The position numbers were made by a program, and so were the translations under genes. Positions 50,691 to 61,150 of a DNA stretch of 64,000 nt are shown here, in pieces (position 1 is the first letter of the stretch; each line of letters begins with the position of its first letter). Source of the DNA: an uncultured Acidobacteriota bacterium (lineage in GTDB: Bacteria; Acidobacteriota; UBA6911). The stretch lies in the NCBI GenBank assembly GCA_963843575.1, contig CAWJKZ010000013.1, positions 288,001 through 352,000 on the forward strand, given 5' to 3'. Under the pieces are notes generated by a model. It made no database searches. It was not told the origin of the DNA and saw only the letters and a program-made list of their open reading frames with translations.

Positions 50691-50779
50691 TGGAGTGCGA
50701 CGCCTCGGCGCTGCTGCGAGCCTCGGACACGGCGGCGCCCAGGCGCCGTCCCCAAAGCGGCGTCGAGCCCTGCACTCCA
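50691..50779. repeat. REP-like family A inverted pair
   Basis: TGGAGTGC...GCACTCCA. Confidence 0.8.
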
Positions 50780-50808
50780 CAGGCCCGCTTCGGGTTATAA
50801 TCAGCCGG

Positions 50809-51429
50809 ATGAAGCGAGTTCTGGTTGTTGTGTGCCTCGCGGCGCTGCAGGGGTGCGGCCCGGCGCGTCCACCCGAGCGCGCCGCCGCTACCGACCCGCT
50901 GTCGGTGGAACGGCGTGAGAAAGACCGGGCGTTCAAGAGCTCCCCGGATTCGCCCCTCCCGGAACGCGACAAGCCGAGGTTCGGCAGGCTCGCCTATTAC
51001 CCGATCGAACCTCGCCTCAGCTTTCACGTCAGGCTCAACCGATATCCTCGTCCGGAGACGGTGCGGATCGGGACCAATACGGGCGAGATACGCACCGCGT
51101 TGCGCTACGGCTACTTCGAATTCGAGATCGACGGGCGGCCGTGCCGGCTGCAGGCCTATCGGATGGAGGACAGCCCCGAGCCGCGCGGACCGTCTCTCTT
51201 CATCCCGTTCCGCGACGCGACCTCCGGCGTGGATTCCTACGCGGCCGGCCGCTACATCGACCTGCGCGAGAACACTTCGGGGATGTACGACCTGGATTTC
51301 AACCGGGCGTACAACCCCTCGTGCGCGTATAACCCGACCTTCAGCTGCCCGGTGCCGCCGGCGGAAAACACGCTCCTTGTCGCGGTCCGGGCCGGAGAGA
51401 AGAAATACCCTCTCGGGGAGGGGCATTGA
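50809..51429 (+). CDS. DUF1684 family lipoprotein
   Basis: Lipobox LQGC; LFIPFRDATSG..Y..GRY and LDFNRAYNPSCAYN..CPVPP.EN. Confidence 0.9.
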   Translation: MKRVLVVVCLAALQGCGPARPPERAAATDPLSVERREKDRAFKSSPDSPLPERDKPRFGRLAYYPIEPRLSFHVRLNRYPRPETVRIGTNTGEIRTALRYGYFEFEIDGRPCRLQAYRMEDSPEPRGPSLFIPFRDATSGVDSYAAGRYIDLRENTSGMYDLDFNRAYNPSCAYNPTFSCPVPPAENTLLVAVRAGEKKYPLGEGH

Positions 51430-52685
51430 GCCGACGCGCGACTCTCCTGCTCGTCATCGCTTGCCTTCTGGCGCCGGCCGGATGCGGGCCCCGCGACCGC
51501 GCCCCGGCTCCCGAGGCTTCGTGGTATCCCGAGGAAATTCTATCCCCGGCCGAGCGCCGCGAGGAGGCGTCCGAGAAGCGGGTGCGGCTGACCGCCTTCC
51601 TGCGGCGGGAAAACCTGGGCGGCGTGCTCATCTCGAGCGCGGCTAATTTTGCCTGGATCACCGCGGGCGCCGAACAAGTCGAACCGACCCCGCTGTCGGT
51701 GTTCGTCCGGGAGGACGGCCGCGCCTTCCTGATCGGCGGCGGTGCCGAGGCGGAGCGGGTCGCACGGGAGGAACTCGACGGTTTGGGTTTCGAGGTGCGC
51801 ACGACGCCGTGGGAGCGCTCTAACCCGGCCGAGGTGGGATCGGCCGCGCGCGAGCTTGCGGGGGGGAGGCCCTTCGGCTCCGACGAGCCGTGCTCGGGTC
51901 TGCGGCGCCTCGGGGGCGAACTCGCCGCGCTGCGCGCACCGCTCACCGGCCCTGAAATCCGGAAGTACCGCTGGCTCGGGAAGCGTTGCGCCGAGGTGGT
52001 CGGCGAGAGCTGCCGCCTCCTGGCGCCGGGCATGACCGAGCGCGGGATCGAGGCGCTCCTCTCGGCGGGGCTGATGCGCCACGCCATCCGGCCCGCAGGG
52101 TTGCGGGTTGCGGCCGACGCCCGCGCCCGGGACTACGGCCTCGTACCCCCCTCCGAGAAAGCCCGGTTGGAGCAGTCCGTCCTGCTGGGCGTCTCCGCGC
52201 GTCGCTGGGGGCTCACCGTCAGGATGGCCCGGCAGGTGCGGTTCGCCCCGCTCGATCCGGATACCACGAAGGCGATGGCCGCCGTGTCGCTGGTCAACGC
52301 GGGCTTCTGGGCGCGCACGCTCCCGGGGGCGACCGCTGGAGGCATCCTCGCCGGCGCCATCGAAGACTATGCCCGCGGCGGCGACTCCCGTCCGGCGCAG
52401 TCGGAGCAGGGGGGCGCCGTGGGGTATACGGACTACGACTGGCTCGCCCGGCCTGGCTCCACGGAACCTGTCCGCAGCGGCCAGGCCTATGCGTGGCGCC
52501 CGTCGGCCGGCGCGGTTTCCGTCGAAGACACCATCCTTGTCCTGGGCGACCGGCTGGAGGTGCTCACCGAGATCCGTGGCTGGCCCGTCGTCGAATCCAG
52601 GTCCCTCGACCGCGTCTACCGCACCCCCGCCATCCTCGTCCGGGAGAACCGGGTGGGCCGCGGCGGCCCGCCGCGGCCTCGATGA
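51426..52685 (+). CDS. M24/creatinase-fold lipoprotein, apparently degenerate
   Basis: Lipobox PAGC; ANFAWITAG, PGMTE, QGGAVGY, AWRPS and EDTIL. Confidence 0.65.
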   Translation: MSRRATLLLVIACLLAPAGCGPRDRAPAPEASWYPEEILSPAERREEASEKRVRLTAFLRRENLGGVLISSAANFAWITAGAEQVEPTPLSVFVREDGRAFLIGGGAEAERVAREELDGLGFEVRTTPWERSNPAEVGSAARELAGGRPFGSDEPCSGLRRLGGELAALRAPLTGPEIRKYRWLGKRCAEVVGESCRLLAPGMTERGIEALLSAGLMRHAIRPAGLRVAADARARDYGLVPPSEKARLEQSVLLGVSARRWGLTVRMARQVRFAPLDPDTTKAMAAVSLVNAGFWARTLPGATAGGILAGAIEDYARGGDSRPAQSEQGGAVGYTDYDWLARPGSTEPVRSGQAYAWRPSAGAVSVEDTILVLGDRLEVLTEIRGWPVVESRSLDRVYRTPAILVRENRVGRGGPPRPR

Positions 52686-52820
52686 GCGCCACCCGGGAGT
52701 TGGGCCGCGTCGAGCCGCCGCGGCCCACTTGGGCCCGCAGTATTTGCTTTTTTTACCAGCCCGACGGGCGGCGATGGTGATAGAAGATAGCGACTGTTTC
52801 CCAATCCACGAGGAGAGGCC

Positions 52821-54420
<1,600 letters not shown>

Positions 54421-54453
54421 AAGCCGGGAACGAACCTGGGAAGAAGGGACTTT

Positions 54454-54651
54454 ATGGGGCTGGACGTCAAATTGCCGATCGGGCTGCTGTTCACCATCTT
54501 CGGGGCGCTGCTCGTGATCTACGGGTTCACGAGCGACCCGGCGATCTACGCGAAATCCCTCGGGATGAACATCAATCTGATGTGGGGCGCCCTCATGCTG
54601 GTTTTCGGCCTGACGATGCTGGCCATCAGCGACAAGAAGATCAAGAGCTGA
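54454..54651 (+). CDS. Small two-TM protein associated with the SSS transporter
   Basis: MGLDVKLPIGLLF..G...NINLMWG..MLVFG. Confidence 0.75.
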   Translation: MGLDVKLPIGLLFTIFGALLVIYGFTSDPAIYAKSLGMNINLMWGALMLVFGLTMLAISDKKIKS

Positions 54652-54660
54652 CCTATTCTT

Positions 54661-54747
54661 CAGGACGCGGATTTGCGCGGATCCACACGGATCGCCTGCG
54701 ACAGGCCGCGTCCGGCTTTCCGACGTGGATCCGTTGAATCCGCGTCC
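54661..54747. repeat. Family B inverted repeat between convergent genes
   Basis: GGACGCGGATT...AATCCGCGTCC. Confidence 0.75.
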
Positions 54748-54750
54748 TCT

Positions 54751-55296
54751 TCACTTCAGCGCGCCGCAGGACGAAAGGGCTCCCCCGACGTTGATCGCGC
54801 TGTTGCCGAGCTCGATGCTGCGAATCTTCCCGCTTTTGTCGACCACGAAGGTGGCGCGGTTGGCGACCCCCGCCTCCTCGTTGAGCACGCCGTACGCGCG
54901 CGAGACGTCCCGCTTGAAGTCGCTCAGGAGCGGGAACTCGACGCCGTTCTGCTTGGCGAATTCTTTCTGCGAGGCAAATGAATCCACGCTGATCCCCAGG
55001 ACCTGGGTGTCGGATTGCCGGAACTTATCCATCGCGTCCCGGTAACCCTGCACTTCGCGCGTTCAGCCGCCGGTGAACGCCAGGACGTAGAAGGCCAGCA
55101 CGACGTTCTGCTTGCCGCGGAATTCCGAAAGGGTGACCTTGTTCCGGTTCTGATCGAGCAGGGTGAAGTCCGGGGCCAGGTCCCCGACCTTCACGGTGCT
55201 GGTGCGGTCGGGCGCAGGCTGCTGCTGCGCCACCGCGAGGACGCTCGACGCCAGCACCCACGCCAGCGCCGTTGCCAATAAGAGTTTGCGTTTCAT
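54751..55296 (-). CDS. Exported AhpC/TSA peroxiredoxin-like selenoprotein (in-frame TGA at 55065-55063, motif FTGG-U-TRE)
   Basis: The two ORFs are in one frame separated by a single TGA at the peroxidatic TxxC position; VGDLAPDFTL, VLGISVDS, FPLLSD and RATFVVD; downstream hairpin. Confidence 0.88.
55012..55048 (-). promoter_or_regulatory. Candidate bacterial SECIS element
   Basis: GGGTTACCGGGAC-GCGATGGATAA-GTTCCGGCAATCC stem starting 14 nt after the TGA; G is the first loop base. Confidence 0.6.
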
Positions 55297-55452
55297 CGTT
55301 CGGCTCCTTCAGGCAGGTTCAGTTCTGAAATCTAGCGGTCGGGCACCGCGCAGTCAATAGCGCGCCTTCCGAGTGTACTGTTGTACGCAGGCTGCCAGTG
55401 TGATAGATAAGCGCTATTCACGTCAGCAAAGTCTTTCTCACAAACCCGAGGG

Positions 55453-55947
55453 GTGAACATGGCTCCGCTGTCTCCCGAGTTGAAGGAACTCTTCGGCCGC
55501 ACCAAGCTCGTCGTGCTGCCGGAAGACTATTACCTCATCCACCTGCCGGTCGACGCCAAGCCGATCCCCGGAGAGTGGTATCGCCCCGCCACGACCCGGT
55601 TTGCCGTCTTCATCAGGGAGCCTGATGAAATCACCCTCATCGTCGCCCGCAGGAAGTGGCTGCGGATGCAGAACCTCTTCGACAAATACGAGGTTCTGGG
55701 GCCGATGAAAGTGATGACATTCGATATCAAACTCTCCCTCGTGGTTTTCGGGTACGTCGCCGCCATCAGCCGGGTCCTCGCCGAGGACAAGATCAGCGTC
55801 GTGCCGATCTCGGCGTTTCACCGCGACCACATCCTGGTTCAGAAGCACGACCTGCCGCGCTCGGTCCGCCTGCTGCGCCATTTTCTCCAGGGCTGCAGGA
55901 AGCCCAAAGACGGAAGCCGGAAGCCGGAAGCCCGAAGCCGTGGGTAA
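55453..55947 (+). CDS. ACT domain protein (ACT_7/CASTOR-like)
   Basis: EITLIV and GYVAAISRVLAEDKISVVPISAFHRDHILV. Confidence 0.8.
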   Translation: MNMAPLSPELKELFGRTKLVVLPEDYYLIHLPVDAKPIPGEWYRPATTRFAVFIREPDEITLIVARRKWLRMQNLFDKYEVLGPMKVMTFDIKLSLVVFGYVAAISRVLAEDKISVVPISAFHRDHILVQKHDLPRSVRLLRHFLQGCRKPKDGSRKPEARSRG

Positions 55948-56162
55948 CGGCAACGCCGGTCGGGGGCAGGGCCACGGCCGGCGACCTGACCGGGCAGGAG
56001 CCAGTACCGGAAAGCCGGAAGCCCAAGCGGAAGCCCTAAGCCGGAAGCCGTGAGTAACGGCAGCGGCAGATTGGGGGCACGGCTGCCGACTTGACCGGAC
56101 ATGCGGCGCTGCCGGGAATACAGCAAGCCGGAAGGGGGAAGCTCCGCCTGGCTTCCGGCTTC
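55910..56162. repeat. Degenerate ~110-bp tandem duplication embedded in GCCGGAA heptamer repeats
   Basis: GAAGCCGTG(G/A)GTAACGGCA at 55934 and 56044. Confidence 0.7.
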
Positions 56163-56179
56163 TGTCTCTTGGTTTCCGG

Positions 56180-57364
56180 CTACTGTCTTTCAAAGATGCC
56201 GGCGGCACCCATGCCGCCGCCGATGCACATCGTGACCATTCCGTACCGGGCGCCGCGGCGCGCCATCTCGCGCAGCAGGCTCGCCGTGAGTTTTGCGCCG
56301 GTGCAGCCCAGCGGGTGCCCGAGGGCGACGGCTCCGCCGTTGACGTTCACCTTGTCCGGGTCCAGTCCCGCCTCCCGGATGACGGCCAGCGCCTGCACCG
56401 CGAACGCCTCGTTCAGCTCGATGAGGTCGATGTCCTGCAGCTTGAGGCCGGCGAGCTTCAGCGCTTTGGGGATAGCGACGGCCGGGCCGATGCCCATGAT
56501 TTCCGGGGGTACCCCTCCGGTTGCGAACGCCACGAAACGTCCAAGGGGCGCCACTCCCAGGGCGCGGGCCCTGTCGGCGGACATCACCACGCAGGCGGCG
56601 GCGCCGTCCGAGGTCTGGGACGAGTTGCCCGCCGTCACCGTGCCGCGGGCGTGGAAGGCGGGTTTGAGCCGCGACAGCGCCTCCAGCGAGGTGTCGGCCC
56701 TGGGTCCCTCGTCGACCGAGAAGGCAATCTCGCGGATCTCCGGTCCCGCCCCGCCGCCGTTCCGCCCGGCCTCGACCGGCACGCTCAACGGTACAATCTC
56801 GTCCTCGAACTTCCCGTCCCGAATGGCCGCCACCGCCTTCTGGTGGCTGAGCAGGGCGAAACGGTCGGACTCCTCCCTGGAGATGCCATACTGGCGCGCC
56901 AGGTTTTCAGCCGTCAGCCCCATGGACAAATAGGTGTCCGGGGCGTGTTCGACGAGGTAGGGGTTGGGGGCGAGCCGGTGGCCGGAGATCCCGATCATGC
57001 TCATGCTCTCGGTACCGCCGGCGACGATGGTCCGGGCGAACCCGGCCAGGATCCGCTCCGCCGCAATCGCGATCGACTGCAGCCCGGACGAGCAGAACCG
57101 ATTGACCGTCACCGCGCTCGTCGTCGCCGGCAGCCCGGCCCGCAACGCGGCGATGCGCGCGACATTCATCCCCTGCTCCCCCTCGGGCATGGCGCACCCG
57201 AGGACCACGTCCTCGATCTCTTCGTCGGCAAGCCCGGGTACGCGCCGGATGCTTTCCCGGATCGCCGCGGCCGCCATGTCGTCCGGACGCATGTTGCGCA
57301 GCGTCCCCCGGGGCGCCTTCCCCACGGCGGTCCGCACCGCGCTGACGATGACTGCTTCGGCCAT
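56180..57364 (-). CDS. fadA: Acetyl-CoA C-acyltransferase (thiolase)
   Basis: NRFCSSG, NEAFA, GHPLG and MCIGGGMG. Confidence 0.93.
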   Translation of the reverse strand: MAEAVIVSAVRTAVGKAPRGTLRNMRPDDMAAAAIRESIRRVPGLADEEIEDVVLGCAMPEGEQGMNVARIAALRAGLPATTSAVTVNRFCSSGLQSIAIAAERILAGFARTIVAGGTESMSMIGISGHRLAPNPYLVEHAPDTYLSMGLTAENLARQYGISREESDRFALLSHQKAVAAIRDGKFEDEIVPLSVPVEAGRNGGGAGPEIREIAFSVDEGPRADTSLEALSRLKPAFHARGTVTAGNSSQTSDGAAACVVMSADRARALGVAPLGRFVAFATGGVPPEIMGIGPAVAIPKALKLAGLKLQDIDLIELNEAFAVQALAVIREAGLDPDKVNVNGGAVALGHPLGCTGAKLTASLLREMARRGARYGMVTMCIGGGMGAAGIFERQ

Positions 57365-57379
57365 CACAACCTCCCGTGC

Positions 57380-59749
57380 TCAATTCCTCAGGGGCTTTCC
57401 CGTCTTGAGCATGTGTTCGATGCGCTGCTGGGTTTCCGGCCTGCCGCAGAGCGACAGGAACGCCTCCCGCTCCAGGTCGAGCAGGTGCTGTTCCGTGACG
57501 TGGTGGACGTTCAGGAACGCGCCCCCGGTCAGGACGCGCGCCAGTTGCGTGCCGATGACGGCGTCGTACTCCGAGATGTAGCCCGCCCTGAGCATCAGGT
57601 GGATCCCGAGCTTGAGCGTCGCCAGCCCCGGCTGGCCGAGCACCGCGATACCCGGCGGGGGGACCGGGGGCCGGTAACCCTCGCGCACCAGCGCCAGGAC
57701 GTCCTCTTTGGCCGCCACGACACGCGCGGCCGGGTTCATGCTGTAGTGATCGCTCTCGCGCAACAGGCCGAGTTCCCGGGCGTGCGGCGCCGAAGTCGAC
57801 ACCTTGGCGAGGGCGATCAGTTCGAAGGCGTTGCGTATCCTCGGCCCCATTTCGGCATCCGAGGCCGAAACCGCATCGCGGACGGCTCGCAACACCATTT
57901 CCTTGCACCCCCCGGCCGCCGGGATCAGCCCGACCCCGGTCTCGACCAGGCCCATGTAGAGCTCCGCCGACGCGTGAACCCGGTCCGCGTGAAGCGACAT
58001 TTCGCAGGCGCCGCCGAGGGTCAGGTTGTGGGGCGCCGCCACCACGGGCCGGTCCGAGTAGCGCAGCCGCATGTTCACGTCCTGGAACTCGAGCACCATC
58101 TTTTCAATCGTCTCCCACCGCGCGCTCCTGGCCGCCACCAGCAGTTCGTACAGGTTCGCGCCCGCCGAGAAGTGCTCCCCCTCGTTTGCGATGACGAGCC
58201 CGACGAAATTGCGGCTCACCTCGTCCAGGGACTCCTGCAGCAGGCGGAGCACATTTGCGTCGACGGTGTTCATCTTGGTGCGGAACTCGAGGCAGGCGAC
58301 CCCGTCCTGCAGATCCACCAGTGCAGCGGCGGGGTTCTGGAGAACCGCCTTTTTCCGGGCCCGCGCGGACGCAAGGATCGTCCAGCCCGGCGTCCCGTCG
58401 GTTTCGACGTGGGACCCGGACCGGGACTGAAACACGTAGCTCCGTCCGCTCCTCCTGCGGTAGAAGGCCGTTTTTCCCACCCCGAGCAGCGCTTCGACCA
58501 GCGGCGGGACCTTCCTTCCCTCGCGCTCCAGACGGGCCGCCGTCGATTTCACGCCGAGCGCGTCCCAGGTCTCGAACGGTCCGAGCCGGTGCAGGAACCC
58601 CCACTTCATCGCATTGTCGACGCTCGCGAGGTCGTCGGCGATTTCGGACGCGGTCGCGGCCGCATAGCAGAGCGTCGAGCCCAGGACCTTCCAGAGAAAC
58701 TGCCCGGCCGGGCCCCGGGCCGACACCAGCGCGCGAAGCCGCTCGGCGGTGTCCTCCACCCGCGAGGCCTTCGCGAGCTCGGGAAACACCGGCTTTTGGA
58801 GAGGACGATACTCGAGCTTGCCGAAGTCGAGGTACAGGATCTCCCCGGACGCCGTCCGCTTGTAGAAACCCTGGCGCGCTTTTTCCCCCAGCCAGCCGTT
58901 CCGCAGCATCGTGTCCACGAACTCCGGCATCCTGAACAAGTCGCGCTGAGGGTCGCACGGCAGCGCCTCGTACAGGTTGCGCGCCACGAGCGCGAACGTG
59001 TCCAGGCCGACGACGTCAATCGTGCGGAACGTGGCGCTCTTGGGCCGACCGATCAGCGGGCCGGTCAACGCGTCCGCTTCCTCGACCGTGAACCCCTCCT
59101 CCAGCGTGGCGTGCAGCACCCTGCACGCGTCGTAGATGCCGATCCGGTTGGCGATGAAGTTCGGCGTGTCCTTGCACCGGACGACGCCCTTGCCCAGCGA
59201 TTCCTGCCCGAAGCGGGTCATGAAGGCCACGAGCGCGGGGTCGGTGTCCGGGGTGGGAATCAGCTCCAGGAGCCGCAGGTAGCGCGGCGGGTTGAAGAAG
59301 TGGGTGCCCAGGAAATTCCGCCGGAAGTCGTCCGGGAAGCCCTCGGCGATGCGGCAGATCTGGAGCCCGGAGGTGTTGGTGCTGACGATCGTGCCCGGCT
59401 TGCGCAGGCGCACGACCTGCTCGAGCAGGCCCCGCTTCACCTCAAGGCGCTCGGTTACCGCCTCGAGCACCCAGTCGGCCTCCCGGATCCAGGGGAGGTT
59501 GTCGGGAAAGTTCCCGGTACGCACCAGCCCGCCGAGTTCCGGGCTGAACAGGGCCGGGGGCTTCGAGTGGAGCGCCGCGTTCCAACCGGCCAGCACTATC
59601 CGGTTGCGCGCTTCCGGCGGGTCCGGCTCGGCGGGGGCGATGTCGAGCAGAAAGCTGGGTATCCCGGCATTGGCCAGGTGAGCGGCGATCCTGCTGCCCA
59701 TCGTCCCGGCCCCGAGCACGGCTGCCCGGCGGATCCTGAAGTCGCCCAT
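57380..59749 (-). CDS. fadN: 3-hydroxyacyl-CoA dehydrogenase / enoyl-CoA hydratase fusion
   Basis: GAGTMG, STNTSG, HFFNPPRY, FSAGANL and TGKPLRN C-terminus. Confidence 0.9.
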   Translation of the reverse strand: MGDFRIRRAAVLGAGTMGSRIAAHLANAGIPSFLLDIAPAEPDPPEARNRIVLAGWNAALHSKPPALFSPELGGLVRTGNFPDNLPWIREADWVLEAVTERLEVKRGLLEQVVRLRKPGTIVSTNTSGLQICRIAEGFPDDFRRNFLGTHFFNPPRYLRLLELIPTPDTDPALVAFMTRFGQESLGKGVVRCKDTPNFIANRIGIYDACRVLHATLEEGFTVEEADALTGPLIGRPKSATFRTIDVVGLDTFALVARNLYEALPCDPQRDLFRMPEFVDTMLRNGWLGEKARQGFYKRTASGEILYLDFGKLEYRPLQKPVFPELAKASRVEDTAERLRALVSARGPAGQFLWKVLGSTLCYAAATASEIADDLASVDNAMKWGFLHRLGPFETWDALGVKSTAARLEREGRKVPPLVEALLGVGKTAFYRRRSGRSYVFQSRSGSHVETDGTPGWTILASARARKKAVLQNPAAALVDLQDGVACLEFRTKMNTVDANVLRLLQESLDEVSRNFVGLVIANEGEHFSAGANLYELLVAARSARWETIEKMVLEFQDVNMRLRYSDRPVVAAPHNLTLGGACEMSLHADRVHASAELYMGLVETGVGLIPAAGGCKEMVLRAVRDAVSASDAEMGPRIRNAFELIALAKVSTSAPHARELGLLRESDHYSMNPAARVVAAKEDVLALVREGYRPPVPPPGIAVLGQPGLATLKLGIHLMLRAGYISEYDAVIGTQLARVLTGGAFLNVHHVTEQHLLDLEREAFLSLCGRPETQQRIEHMLKTGKPLRN

Positions 59750-59835
59750 GAACGCGCCTCCGCTTTGTGTGATTTGATGCCAGGGGAGAGGGAACCTGAT
59801 TCGGAGTGTACACCACCCCGCCGGCCTCCGCAATT

Positions 59836-59922
59836 TGGAGTGCGGCGCCTCGGCGCCACGCCGAATGGCGAGATGCGATCCTGCGACCTCGGCCTTTGGC
59901 GGCGTCGAGCCGCCGCACTCCA
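59836..59922. repeat. REP-like family A inverted pair
   Basis: TGGAGTGCGGCG...CGCCGCACTCCA. Confidence 0.8.
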
Positions 59923-59947
59923 CTGTCGTAAAACAGCGCAAGTGCCG

Positions 59948-60730
59948 CTACTTCCAGCGCTGGAGGAAATCGGCGAGGAAATTGTCGGGGCCGGCATTGG
60001 AGGCGCGCTGCTCGAGATCTTCGCGCGCGGCGCTGACGGCGGCGTCGTACGCGACCGTGTCGAGCTTGCCGCGCAAAAGCTCGACCCTGAGAAGCAGAAG
60101 GAATGTCTGGATGACATCGGTCGTGCAGTACTGGTTGATCTCCTTGAGCCGGTTTTGCCGGTAGAGGTACTCGACGTCTTCGCCCGCGATCGTGTATTTG
60201 CCGGGGAGGCCGATCAGCTTCGCGATGACGTCGAGCGAACCGCGGCGGTGGACGGCGCCGTAGTTCGACAGGAAATCGCAGACGTCGTAGTGAAACTGGT
60301 TGCCGTAGCGGCTGCCACGGTACGTGGCTCCCTGCGCCGTCCCGAAATACCTGGGGAGCGACATGCGGTATTTCATCGCCCTGGACTCGAGCACCGGAAG
60401 GTCGAAACCGCGCCCGTTGAAGGTGACGAGCGTCTGGGTGCTCTCGAACAGCTGCCAGAAACGGCAGATCAGTTCCGGTTCGGTGTACCGGTCGATCCCG
60501 GAACACGTGAGGGAACGTATGCGGTAGTTCTCGTCGGCCTGCAGCGCCGCGATCGCGATCGGGATGTGGTACGGGATCGGGAAAAAATCGCTCTGCTGGG
60601 TTTCCTGCAGCCTGGTCCGCGCCGCGTCGTACGCCTGCTCGAGCGTCAGGGTGTCCTCGGGATCGTAGATCTGCTTGACCAGTTCCTTGTCCACCCTGGT
60701 TTCGATATCGAATACGAGATAGTGCGCCAT
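59948..60730 (-). CDS. Stand-alone PolB-like 3'-5' exonuclease (DNA_pol_B_exo2-type)
   Basis: VFDIET, TFNGRGFDLP and YCTTDV (DEDDy motifs). Confidence 0.88.
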   Translation of the reverse strand: MAHYLVFDIETRVDKELVKQIYDPEDTLTLEQAYDAARTRLQETQQSDFFPIPYHIPIAIAALQADENYRIRSLTCSGIDRYTEPELICRFWQLFESTQTLVTFNGRGFDLPVLESRAMKYRMSLPRYFGTAQGATYRGSRYGNQFHYDVCDFLSNYGAVHRRGSLDVIAKLIGLPGKYTIAGEDVEYLYRQNRLKEINQYCTTDVIQTFLLLLRVELLRGKLDTVAYDAAVSAAREDLEQRASNAGPDNFLADFLQRWK

Positions 60731-60871
60731 AGAGCTTCGATTCTAGCACGAAGTGGGCGGGGTCGGCTCGACCCCGCCGCATGAGCTGCAATCTGCAGGA
60801 TAATCTTGAGATCCAGGAGTCGAGCGAGATCCCGGGCCGCGTCGGGCCGGCGCGGCCCACATGCCCGTTTT

Positions 60872-60919
60872 ATCCCACATATAGTGGTACCGAGGCACTC
60901 GGGGTACAATATATGGGTG
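60872..60919 (+). promoter_or_regulatory. Tandem NrdR boxes
   Basis: atcCcAcATaTaGtgg (60872) and gtaCaAtATaTgGgtg (60904), 32 bp apart, match acaCwAtATaTwGtgt upstream of an RNR gene. Confidence 0.85.
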
Positions 60920-60928
60920 AGTTTTCGG

Positions 60929-60957
60929 TTGACACCTTTTTGTGGGTCGTGTAAAAC
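60929..60957 (+). promoter_or_regulatory. Sigma70-type promoter of nrdJ
   Basis: TTGACA-N17-TAAAAC. Confidence 0.55.
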
Positions 60958-61150
60958 CGACCGGCATTGAGGTTCTTTCGCAAACGAGAGACGATCGGAA
61001 TGAGTTCCTGCCCGGCCCCCCTTCGGACGGACCTGGGGATCTCTCTCAGTGCTTGCCGCCGAGTCAAAGACCCGAACCTGAGCGACGAGGCCACGGGTGC
61101 GGCTGGAGTCGCAGGGGAAGGTGTCCGGGAGAATCAAGGAGGGGTTGTCG

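Noticed and set aside
56315-60784. 1489-aa plus-strand ORF and other long shadow ORFs (203..2740, 12094..14409, 18929..21520, 36667..39582)
   Set aside because: Antisense to well-supported genes in high-GC DNA; no recognisable domains
61040-61125. Cobalamin riboswitch upstream of nrdJ (GCCACGG..GGGAAGG; GAGTCAAAGACC)
   Set aside because: Fragments are in the wrong order and the 5' AGGGAA/GGTG..CCGC..ACTGT core is missing
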